DNA from: a virus
Lineage: Duplodnaviria > Caudoviricetes
Strand: one strand, 5' to 3'
DNA length: 26,340 nt
IMG/VR virus record: IMGVR_UViG_3300032272_000062
Coordinates: 1-26,340 of that record
Part shown: piece by piece, positions 17,137 to 24,902 of the stretch
How the letters are laid out: each line of letters begins with the position of its first letter
Position numbering within the stretch: the stretch's first letter is position 1
Notes under the pieces: model-generated
The model's input: only the letters and a program-made list of their open reading frames with translations
Databases searched by the model: none
What the model was told of the DNA's origin: nothing
Translations under genes and position numbers: made by a program

Positions 17137-17157
17137 TGATTGATTATTGTTTTCAGT

Positions 17158-17210
17158 TTGCATTGTGGTATTGTTCCACGGTATTATTTAGGCATCAAAT
17201 TACTTGATGC
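17158..17210 (+). promoter_or_regulatory. Sigma70-type early promoter with a dyad in the spacer and a 5' hairpin
   Basis: TTGCAT (17158-17163), 18-bp spacer containing GTGG-N7-CCAC, TATTAT (17182-17187), then the hairpin GCATCAA-ATTAC-TTGATGC (17192-17210). Confidence 0.5.
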
Positions 17211-17240
17211 TAATTACTCACTTTCAAAAGGACAAAGATT

Positions 17241-17588
17241 ATGATTATTCAAACAGTAAACGAATACGATTTCACACGTGCTTTCGAAACATCTGGCCGT
17301 TCCGATAACTTTTCATATGCAGGATTGAGGGGATTGTTTGAATACCTCGACAATCTATCAGATGATATTGGTGAAAATATCGAGCTTGATGTAATAGCAA
17401 TATGCTGTGAGTATAGTGAAATGACAATTCAGGAAGTACTGGATTACTATGATCACGGACTCGATGTAGGTATAGATAATGATCAGCTAGTTGATGATGT
17501 CATGGAGTACCTGAACTATAATACAGTGGTATGCTGGTATGACGATGCAGCCACATTAGACTCTACGGTTATCTTCGCGGCATTCTAA
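17241..17588 (+). CDS. Acidic early protein (115 aa), candidate DNA mimic / anti-restriction protein
   Basis: First gene of the early arm, AAAGGA SD. Manual count gives 25 Asp+Glu, 3 Arg and 0 Lys. Confidence 0.7.
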   Translation: MIIQTVNEYDFTRAFETSGRSDNFSYAGLRGLFEYLDNLSDDIGENIELDVIAICCEYSEMTIQEVLDYYDHGLDVGIDNDQLVDDVMEYLNYNTVVCWYDDAATLDSTVIFAAF

Positions 17589-17609
17589 ACCAAAACCAAT
17601 TCAAATCCA

Positions 17610-17637
17610 GCCCGGTACATTGCAAAGTGTATCGGGC
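17610..17637 (+). terminator. Intergenic hairpin (terminator or RNase III-type processing site)
   Basis: GCCCGGUACAUU-GCAA-AGUGUAUCGGGC: 12-bp stem with two G.U pairs and a GNRA loop, followed by AUUUU. Confidence 0.6.
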
Positions 17638-17679
17638 ATTTTGGGTGAAACCACTTAACCTTATAAAGGACAACAGAAA

Positions 17680-18786
17680 ATGGACACAAAAGAGTTACAA
17701 CAGAAAATTAAAAAGTTATCAGCAGTAGCCAACAAAAACAGAAGCTTTCCAATCTTACAGAATTATCATTTCCAACGGGTAGCGAATGCCTTCCTGATAT
17801 CATCGTATGATCTTGATAGTTGCGCCCAAGTGGGCATACAAGACGATAATATTGACCCGTCAATGCCGGATAGTTTCCTACTTCCTGCAAGTGCAACAAA
17901 GCTACTCAGTAAACTTAAAGGCATAGATACTAAATTATCGTTCGAGCATACGGACGGCGTACCCAAAATAACAATAGAATCAGGAAGGCTTAAAACGACA
18001 TTGAATACTGTTGATGTAAGCGAATACCCTGAATTTCCAACACCGGAAGACGCAGGCATAGCATATCAGCCAGACATAGAGCTAGGTAGCTTGTCAAACC
18101 TAACAAAGTATTGTAGCGACAATGAAGCTAGAATTGCACTCAACGGCGTATACTTTGACGGGCCGAAAGGTAGACTGGTGGCAACAGATGGGCATAGGAT
18201 GGGAGTCCGTAACTTTGATGCTGGGAGTTCTGACAGTCAATTCATTATCCCTTTGGCATCAATAAAGATAGCTAACAAGCTATTTAAAAAGGGCTCAACA
18301 TTGCAGCTTCAAACCTTTACACAAAAAGATGTACATCACTTTGTACTGAAAAGTGACGATGGCATGAGGCTAACGACACGTTCAACGGGTGCAGAGTACC
18401 CAAAGTATGAGCAAGTATTACCAGAAAATTTGAGTAATTATCTGGTTATAGACTCACATAAATTTGTAGCTGATATTGAGACAGTGACGGCGCTTGCAGA
18501 TGATAGATTTAGTTCCGTCAAGCTTGCGATAAATGGAGGGATAAAATTGAGCCACAGCCACATAGAGCTTGGTGAGACAGAGTTACAAGTTACAGACGGT
18601 AGTGCGTGCGCAGGTAACAAGTATGAGCCAGCTGAGATTGGCTTCAATGCTAAGTACTTAGTTGATAGCTTCAAAAGTGCGGAGAAAGGCGAATTAGTTG
18701 AAATGTACTATCGAGACCATTCGACAGGCTCCAAAATAGTTTTTGAAAATGGCGATTTTGATATCGTAATGCCATTAAGACAGTAA
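17680..18786 (+). CDS. dnaN: DNA polymerase III beta subunit (sliding clamp), phage-encoded
   Basis: Full length (368 aa) with PILQN, EYPEFP, R.ALNGVYF, VATDGHRM, YPKYEQVLP, IGFNAKYL.D and C-terminal IVMPLR motifs. Confidence 0.93.
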   Translation: MDTKELQQKIKKLSAVANKNRSFPILQNYHFQRVANAFLISSYDLDSCAQVGIQDDNIDPSMPDSFLLPASATKLLSKLKGIDTKLSFEHTDGVPKITIESGRLKTTLNTVDVSEYPEFPTPEDAGIAYQPDIELGSLSNLTKYCSDNEARIALNGVYFDGPKGRLVATDGHRMGVRNFDAGSSDSQFIIPLASIKIANKLFKKGSTLQLQTFTQKDVHHFVLKSDDGMRLTTRSTGAEYPKYEQVLPENLSNYLVIDSHKFVADIETVTALADDRFSSVKLAINGGIKLSHSHIELGETELQVTDGSACAGNKYEPAEIGFNAKYLVDSFKSAEKGELVEMYYRDHSTGSKIVFENGDFDIVMPLRQ

Positions 18787-18796
18787 ATTCTAACTT

Positions 18797-18826
18797 GCCC
18801 TCAGGTCCAATGAAGTTCCTGAGGGC
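18797..18826 (+). terminator. Intergenic hairpin after dnaN
   Basis: GCCCTCAGG-N12-CCTGAGGGC: perfect 9-bp stem followed by GTTT. Confidence 0.55.
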
Positions 18827-18857
18827 GTTTCGAGTAACTAATAGGATGGTAAACATT

Positions 18858-19034
18858 ATGAGTAAACAACAATCAATCAAGTACTATGCAGCGATCTTGG
18901 TCGCAATCGATAACACGTATTGCGAGTCAAGACGCCGATCATTAGACCGGAAACGTAAGCACCTGATGGATAGAATGACCGTGCAACAGCTACGATTAGC
19001 TAGCACGATAGCTTACAAGGAGATTTTGCAATGA
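18858..19034 (+). CDS. Hypothetical basic protein (58 aa)
   Basis: Start moved to ATG 18858 (AGGA SD, downstream of the hairpin). ATGA overlap with the next gene. Confidence 0.6.
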   Translation: MSKQQSIKYYAAILVAIDNTYCESRRRSLDRKRKHLMDRMTVQQLRLASTIAYKEILQ

Positions 19035-19282
19035 CTGTACTAGAGAATACTAAATTCTATGAATCGGCATTGACTGATATCGACTGTGAGCTAGAACTAT
19101 ATGCGGAAGTCAGATCATATATGCAGATATCTAGACCTGTGGGGTCTGCGGAAGGCAGCTTTACACATATACTATATCGAGGGCGGCTTAGCTGTATTCT
19201 TGCACGTATCAAGTCAAATGACCCTACATTACTAGCAGATTTGACTACTGCAAACAGGCAAAACAAGGAGATTTTACAATGA
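19031..19282 (+). CDS. Hypothetical protein (83 aa)
   Basis: AAGGAG SD; ATGA overlaps at both ends. Confidence 0.7.
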   Translation: MTVLENTKFYESALTDIDCELELYAEVRSYMQISRPVGSAEGSFTHILYRGRLSCILARIKSNDPTLLADLTTANRQNKEILQ

Positions 19283-19464
19283 AGACCATCAAGGGGCCAG
19301 ACGGTAAAAAGTACATATCTGTAGATGATTTGTGCGAACGTATAAATTTACGAAAAGGTGAAGTAGAGTACGCATTGGATACTGAGCAGTTGAAAATCGA
19401 TCCGTACTGGCTTGGGTGCCTCGACGCATACGATAACATATTGCAAAGGGATTTAGACCAATGA
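19279..19464 (+). CDS. Hypothetical protein (61 aa)
   Basis: AAGGAG SD; ATGA overlaps at both ends. Confidence 0.7.
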   Translation: MKTIKGPDGKKYISVDDLCERINLRKGEVEYALDTEQLKIDPYWLGCLDAYDNILQRDLDQ

Positions 19465-19994
19465 CTATACGAATTGAATCACTACCATATGTAGATGTAA
19501 CACTCGCAGAAATAACCTCCGCAGTCAATAATTGCCATCACAGTGACATAGAGACTAACGCCCTGGAGAGTGCTGTAACTCACTGGTCCTATGTGGCATC
19601 ATATGGACTATTGAAGCGTACCGACGGCGACCTGTGCGCATTATGTAAGGCTTTCTATGACGCAGATAGAGATGACTGCGGAGGATGCCCATTATTTGAG
19701 AATGATTTAGGGTGTGATGAACACAACAGTCCGTGGGATAAATACCGGAAAGCCTACAGGGTATGGCGGAATTTGCCGAAGCAACGCGGCGCACCATTAT
19801 GGTGGAATTTGCCGAAACATCGCAGCGCACCATTTACGATAATCTTATACGAAGTAGCTGCGCTCGAATTGTTGCGGCGTGCGGCATTTGATATGCTGGA
19901 TACACTTATGGACCTGTCAGACTACGAACCAATGAGTTATAACGAATTTGTAGCTTTGATCGATTACAATGTGGCAAGGAGGCAAGCAGCATGA
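19461..19994 (+). CDS. Hypothetical Cys-cluster (metal-binding) protein (177 aa)
   Basis: CALC...CGGCPL...C pattern, ATGA overlaps, internal 12-aa duplication. Confidence 0.7.
   Translation: MTIRIESLPYVDVTLAEITSAVNNCHHSDIETNALESAVTHWSYVASYGLLKRTDGDLCALCKAFYDADRDDCGGCPLFENDLGCDEHNSPWDKYRKAYRVWRNLPKQRGAPLWWNLPKHRSAPFTIILYEVAALELLRRAAFDMLDTLMDLSDYEPMSYNEFVALIDYNVARRQAA
19762..19833. repeat. In-frame 36-bp tandem duplication
   Basis: 19762-19797 versus 19798-19833, 32/36 identical (WRNLPKQRGAPL / WWNLPKHRSAPF). Confidence 0.9.
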
Positions 19995-20116
19995 TAGAAC
20001 CATACGCACCTGAGATAGCAATGGGCTTCCTGGCAGTTGTATTTGTGGGAGCAGTCGGGTACGCAGCGCTTGGAGCGTACATTTTCCGAACATTTAGAAA
20101 GCAAGGGTCGGAATGA
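19991..20116 (+). CDS. Small membrane protein (41 aa) MIEPYAPEIAMGFLAVVFVGAVGYAALGAYIFRTFRKQGSE
   Basis: AAGGAGG SD, ATGA overlaps at both ends, one hydrophobic helix followed by basic residues. Not in the ORF track. Confidence 0.75.
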   Translation: MIEPYAPEIAMGFLAVVFVGAVGYAALGAYIFRTFRKQGSE

Positions 20117-20955
20117 CTAAAATATGTTGGTTTTCTGGTGGCGTGACGTCTGCAGTAGCTTGTAAACTTGTGATTGATAGGTACGGAGTTGATAAGTGCA
20201 GAGTAGTATTTATAGATACTATGAACGAAGACCCCGACACGTATAGGTTTAAGAGCCAGTGTCAAGACTGGTACGGAGTTGAAATTGAAGCTGTAAAGAA
20301 CGATAAGTACACAGACATACAATCTGTGTGGCACAAGTATAACTCGTTGAATGTTGCGAAGGGAGCTATATGTTCTACAGAGCTAAAACGCAGCGTTCGT
20401 GAGAAGTTCCAAAAGGAGAATGGATTTAGCGCTCAGGTGTTTGGGTTTGATATGTCTGAAGTAAATAGAGCGAAGGCACTCAAATCTAATTACCCTAGTT
20501 CTAAACCTATTTTCCCTTTGATATACAAACTACTGTCAAAGAGAGACTGCATAGATATATTGGTGAAAGCGGGTATTGACCCTCCTGTGACGTATAGTTA
20601 TGGCTTCCAAAATAATAACTGCTTTCTTACAGGGTGCGTGCAAGGAGGTATAGGGTACTGGCAGAAGATGCAGACAGAGTTCCCTGACAAGTTCGATACT
20701 ATGGCAAAGTTAGAGCATACATTGACGGATAAAGCAGGGAAGCCAGTGACAATGCTCAAGGACCAGTCGAAACGGAAAGGGCTTGTGTTCTTACGTAAAC
20801 ATCCTGGCTTTCCTGACGTTCTTGACATATCACAGAAGAAGGGCAGACCACCTAAACCACTATTTGAGTGCAATGGTTTTTGTGGTACTAATGACCTTGA
20901 ACCACGCAACACTACTGAGACGGAGATAAACTATGACTTGTCCAATACCGTATAA
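20113..20955 (+). CDS. PAPS-reductase-like / adenine nucleotide alpha-hydrolase (PP-loop) family protein
   Basis: WFSGGVTSA PP-loop, EDPDTYRF, CSTELKR, NNNC...CVQGG.GYW and ECNGFC motifs. Confidence 0.8.
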   Translation: MTKICWFSGGVTSAVACKLVIDRYGVDKCRVVFIDTMNEDPDTYRFKSQCQDWYGVEIEAVKNDKYTDIQSVWHKYNSLNVAKGAICSTELKRSVREKFQKENGFSAQVFGFDMSEVNRAKALKSNYPSSKPIFPLIYKLLSKRDCIDILVKAGIDPPVTYSYGFQNNNCFLTGCVQGGIGYWQKMQTEFPDKFDTMAKLEHTLTDKAGKPVTMLKDQSKRKGLVFLRKHPGFPDVLDISQKKGRPPKPLFECNGFCGTNDLEPRNTTETEINYDLSNTV

Positions 20956-21202
20956 ACCACGTATCCCCAATATCCGGTGGGTGCTAAATGGCAACAACAG
21001 ATTTTGGATGGGCTTTGTGGGTACTGTTATGATGTTTACGGTTCGCAGGAACGTAGTACAGCACGAACGTGACAAAAGCGTTCTGTACTTTCAGTTGGAA
21101 GACATGCGGGAGTTCCTGGAAGACGATGATACAGCCAAAGAAGTGGCAAAATTGATACTGAAAAATTACATTGAAAATCTATACATAGGAGCAACGAAAT
21201 GA
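20933..21202 (+). CDS. Hypothetical protein (89 aa)
   Basis: GGAG SD; ATGA overlap with the next gene. Confidence 0.6.
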   Translation: MTCPIPYKPRIPNIRWVLNGNNRFWMGFVGTVMMFTVRRNVVQHERDKSVLYFQLEDMREFLEDDDTAKEVAKLILKNYIENLYIGATK

Positions 21203-21723
21203 AAGGGAAGGACTTATTAGACGTAGCATCCGAATTGGTCTACGGAGACAGAGCAGCACAATATGGCGACGCAGGGAAACATTTTCGCGATGTTGCCGAC
21301 GCATTCTACGCACTGACTAAGACAGTTATCCAGACATCGGACATACCTCTGCTGATGGTCCTGATAAAACTCTCAAGGCAGGAGCATAAGCGTAAAGACG
21401 ACAATATCATAGATGCTATGGGCTACCTGGCAATTATGGCTGATATTTCGGAGCCTAAGCAGGAGCCTGCGATGACTTGGAAGTATAGGGAGCCAGAGCC
21501 AGAGCCAGAGTTTTCCGACGCAGACAAGCTATTCGTAGCTGGGATTATCAACAAACGTAATAAGAGCGTCAGTGGTACGTGGAAATGTGCAAGATGTGGC
21601 AGCTTCACAGACGACGAGAATTGTCCTGTATGTACGATAGCTTGCCCGATATGCGGAGTAACGACGAATGTAAATAATAAGCGTTGCCTGGAGTGCGACG
21701 CACCGTTGAAAGGAGTACAGTAA
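21199..21723 (+). CDS. DUF6378-like alpha-helical domain fused to a double zinc ribbon
   Basis: A..LV.GDR..QYG....F.......M.L.K.SR......D...D..GY, then an EPEPEPE linker and CARC/CPVC/CPIC/CLEC. Confidence 0.75.
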   Translation: MKGKDLLDVASELVYGDRAAQYGDAGKHFRDVADAFYALTKTVIQTSDIPLLMVLIKLSRQEHKRKDDNIIDAMGYLAIMADISEPKQEPAMTWKYREPEPEPEFSDADKLFVAGIINKRNKSVSGTWKCARCGSFTDDENCPVCTIACPICGVTTNVNNKRCLECDAPLKGVQ

Positions 21724-22022
21724 TGATGAAAGTAAAAAGAGACGAATTTGGTAACTACTACGTCACACACAACGACGTACAAGTGATTTCCTGGAACGAC
21801 ACACACGTCAGGCTGTCGTATCCTGAACCACCGGCAGAACAGACACCTGGGAACGCCTGGGACAGAAAGCTGCGGGCAAGTATCAATGAGGTAGCTTCGG
21901 ACTGTAAACTTGGCTTCGTCGTAGAATCAGGCAGGCTCAAGCGTACAGTTGTGACATCTCGTGGACAGCGTGGGAGCGTACAGTTCGGCAAGACAATGAA
22001 ATTCAAGTATGAGATGGTGTGA
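21723..22022 (+). CDS. Hypothetical protein (99 aa)
   Basis: Start moved to ATG 21723 (TAATG overlap, AAGGAG SD). Confidence 0.6.
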   Translation: MMKVKRDEFGNYYVTHNDVQVISWNDTHVRLSYPEPPAEQTPGNAWDRKLRASINEVASDCKLGFVVESGRLKRTVVTSRGQRGSVQFGKTMKFKYEMV

Positions 22023-22023
22023 T

Positions 22024-22350
22024 ATGAGTAAACGAAGCAATGCAGCGTGGGAAGGGCAGCAAAGACTGATAGATGATTATGCGAAAGACATATCCAAATT
22101 CTTTCGGAAGAACAAGCGATTGGAGGCAGAAAACGATTGCATGGAGAATGCTTTACACCAGTTACGGCAATGGTCTAAGGCATACCCAATTGATATATTT
22201 CCAGAGCCAGATTTTAAAAAGGCGCACAAAGTTTTAACCGACAATGGTATATCACTGGCGGCTATCAGTGCGGCAAATATGAGGCATGTTATAACAGGAG
22301 TAATCAAAATAATAGATGCAGCTATCCCACAAATACCAGAGGGGGAGTGA
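22024..22350 (+). CDS. Hypothetical phage protein with coiled coil and W..AYP.DIFPEPDF motif
   Basis: ORF in the tightly packed operon. Start is 22024 or 22009. Confidence 0.65.
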   Translation: MSKRSNAAWEGQQRLIDDYAKDISKFFRKNKRLEAENDCMENALHQLRQWSKAYPIDIFPEPDFKKAHKVLTDNGISLAAISAANMRHVITGVIKIIDAAIPQIPEGE

Positions 22351-22610
22351 TGGAATTAGATCAAACTATTTTTAAGGGCTTGCGGCAATCAATAGTAGTG
22401 GCTTGCGTAGATTATGATGGCTTGTTGAAATTTGGGGATTCCGCATGTATTAGATATACATGGGCGTCTGAAAGGTGGCGAGGCGCTAATTGGCTAAAGG
22501 AAATCCCAAACACGCAATATGAACCGCTTACACGTATAACACGGAAACTACCAAAGGGGATAGAAACAAGCAAAGATAATCAACTAACAACACAACCAAA
22601 GGGGGAGTAA
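22347..22610 (+). CDS. Hypothetical protein (87 aa)
   Basis: GGGGGAG SD; overlaps both neighbours. Confidence 0.65.
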   Translation: MMELDQTIFKGLRQSIVVACVDYDGLLKFGDSACIRYTWASERWRGANWLKEIPNTQYEPLTRITRKLPKGIETSKDNQLTTQPKGE

Positions 22611-22864
22611 TGGCCAATCAACACGCAAGCAAAGACGAATATTACTTGTCAAAAATAAGAGAGTTAAGAGCAGAACTAGCAGCCCTGAAAGAATGGAGCA
22701 ATCCGGTGAACGACCCGCCGGAGGATGGGCAGCTAATTAATTATTATTGGGTGACATACAACGGGTCACGAGGCTCTAGCACAGGCTTCGCGGGGTCAGG
22801 TGTGGATATGAAGACTGTAAAAGGTTGGCAACCATTTCCACAACTACCAGAGGGGGAGGAGTGA
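22610..22864 (+). CDS. Hypothetical protein, DUF551-like (84 aa)
   Basis: W....D.PPEDG and V.GWQPFP.LP motifs resemble the DUF551 pattern; GGGGGAG SD. Confidence 0.6.
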   Translation: MANQHASKDEYYLSKIRELRAELAALKEWSNPVNDPPEDGQLINYYWVTYNGSRGSSTGFAGSGVDMKTVKGWQPFPQLPEGEE

Positions 22865-24657
22865 AATCACCAAAAGTCATAGTCATTGATATTGAGACAG
22901 AATCTGACATAGACGGAGGCGCACTGATGCCCTGGCGCGATGATTTCAGAATCAAATCGTTCGGTATTGGTACAGGGTCCAAGCAAAAAGCTGTTCGGCA
23001 CCCATCAGCGCACCAGATAACTAGGGCGCTCAAGCAGATAATCAGACAAGACGCATATGTAGGTGGGTGGAACCTCCGGTTTGATTTCGGCGTGATGTTC
23101 GCAATGGGCGTGGACCCTGCGGTTCTGTGGCAACTGAAGCCACTGGACGGTATGCTGCTGTGGAAACGCACGACCTGGATGCACAGAGCCTATGAGAAGG
23201 AGTTCTTCGATAAGGGTAATCAGCTGCTGTCTTATGGGCTCAAGCGTTACGTCGCTGAACACTGGCCTGACTACGCAGACTACGCAGACCTGGGGTTTGA
23301 CTCGATCAAGTACCTAAAGTACGATGTCAAGTTCACAGCTCAGGCGATATCTAACGAAATGAAGAAGCTGCCAGAGTATGAGTGGCGTTCATTTGAGCAG
23401 GAGTGTCAGAGTATCACACCACTGGCAGAGTCCTGGGTACGTGGGATGTTGATAGATAAATTCTCACTTGATGCGCTTAGGAAGGATAAAACTAAGCAGC
23501 TAAATTCACAGTTGGCAAAGGTCAACGTCACGAAGGACGTACTCACAAGTCCCAAGAAGCTCGGAGAATTACTGTTCGACGAGTGGGGACTGGTGTCTAC
23601 AGTCAAGACCAAAGGTGGTGCCAGGTCCACAGCCAAAGGAGTTCTGCTTCACCTGGCACTGGATGATGAGCGTGCGAGGCACTTACAACTTGCCAAGGCA
23701 GCGAGTACAACGCTCTCTAAGTTTGCTAAGGGTACGGAGGAGGCTATGGAGTTCAACGATAGCGACTACGTTTACCCTTGTCCCAGGCTCGCAGGTACGT
23801 ACACTGGTAGACTCACGTACAACAGTAAGACGCTGAAGTATCCCACAGGCGTAGCGCTGCACCAATGGCAGTCGGACCCGTTGGTACGCGCACTGTTTGA
23901 ATGTCCAGAGGGCTACAGCCTCCTTGAAGCTGATGCTTCAGGTCAGGAGATGCGTATTATGGCTGATGCTAGTGACGATGAGACTATGATTGATATGTTC
24001 AACACTGGCAAAGACGGTCACTCGTTGACTGGTGCCAGGCTCTCACGGATACCGTACAGGGAGATTGTCGAGCATAAAGAGGGTAAGCACAAAAATATAA
24101 GGAAAGCTGGCAAGCTGTGTAATCTCAGTCTCCAGTTCCGCACTTCACCGGCGACGTTCCGAGAACGTGCATTCGTACAACACGGGATGGTGATGACAGA
24201 GGGCGAAGCTCGGCATAATATCAGGGCTTATCATAGTTTATTCCCTGGTGTCAAGCAGTTCCACAAAGACGCGATTGCAGAAGGTAGGAGAATGGGGTAC
24301 GCTATAACTCGTGGCGGTCGCAAAGTGCGGCTAGAAAATTACAACAGGAGCAGAAAATGGCGGTTAGATTCTACAGCTATCAATTTCCCTATTCAGGGGA
24401 CTGGTGCTGATATGAGACACGCAGCACTGAGTCAGCTCAGGCATATGATGGTGTCAGGACTTATCAAATTCGCGTGGGATCTCCACGACGGGCTGTTCTT
24501 CTACGTACCTACCGAGCAAGCAGAAGACATAGCTTTGGACATTCGCAGCCAGCTGAACAAAATAGATTACGGACAATGGGGGTGGACCCCTGCTGTTCCA
24601 CTAACTTGGGACGTGGCCATCGGTCCATCCTGGGACAAACTTGAGGAGGTAGTATGA
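22861..24657 (+). CDS. polA: Phage family A DNA polymerase with 3'-5' exonuclease (no 5' nuclease domain)
   Basis: ExoI DIETE, ExoII WNLRFD, ExoIII YLKYD; TYTGRL; motif A DASGQEMR; motif B RKAGKLCNLSLQFR; NFPIQGTGAD; motif C LHDG. Start moved to GTG 22861 (GTGA overlap, purine-rich SD). Confidence 0.95.
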   Translation: MKSPKVIVIDIETESDIDGGALMPWRDDFRIKSFGIGTGSKQKAVRHPSAHQITRALKQIIRQDAYVGGWNLRFDFGVMFAMGVDPAVLWQLKPLDGMLLWKRTTWMHRAYEKEFFDKGNQLLSYGLKRYVAEHWPDYADYADLGFDSIKYLKYDVKFTAQAISNEMKKLPEYEWRSFEQECQSITPLAESWVRGMLIDKFSLDALRKDKTKQLNSQLAKVNVTKDVLTSPKKLGELLFDEWGLVSTVKTKGGARSTAKGVLLHLALDDERARHLQLAKAASTTLSKFAKGTEEAMEFNDSDYVYPCPRLAGTYTGRLTYNSKTLKYPTGVALHQWQSDPLVRALFECPEGYSLLEADASGQEMRIMADASDDETMIDMFNTGKDGHSLTGARLSRIPYREIVEHKEGKHKNIRKAGKLCNLSLQFRTSPATFRERAFVQHGMVMTEGEARHNIRAYHSLFPGVKQFHKDAIAEGRRMGYAITRGGRKVRLENYNRSRKWRLDSTAINFPIQGTGADMRHAALSQLRHMMVSGLIKFAWDLHDGLFFYVPTEQAEDIALDIRSQLNKIDYGQWGWTPAVPLTWDVAIGPSWDKLEEVV

Positions 24658-24902
24658 AAGCACACGAATTAGCAATGTTACTTATGACACACAAAAACGC
24701 AGAGGTTGACATCGCGGTATGCCCACACGGACAACCAAGACTGTTATCATTCGCAAACACAGTGCAGGACGGTGTACTGTTCAAAGAGCCTGAGAACAAA
24801 ATCATAGCCATAAATGGTAGCAACAGGGACCACGGCTCGTGGTTGATATGTGGCCAAGAGGCTCCTGTTGTGCCAGTGGTAGATGATAAGGAGACAAATT
24901 GA
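24654..24902 (+). CDS. Hypothetical protein (82 aa)
   Basis: GAGGAGG SD; overlaps at both ends. Confidence 0.65.
   Translation: MKAHELAMLLMTHKNAEVDIAVCPHGQPRLLSFANTVQDGVLFKEPENKIIAINGSNRDHGSWLICGQEAPVVPVVDDKETN

Noticed and set aside
23269-23289. GACTACGCA tandem repeat in polA (DYADYAD), and the similar FEFEFEF repeat near 7900-7920
   Set aside because: Short in-frame coding micro-repeats with no sign of function.
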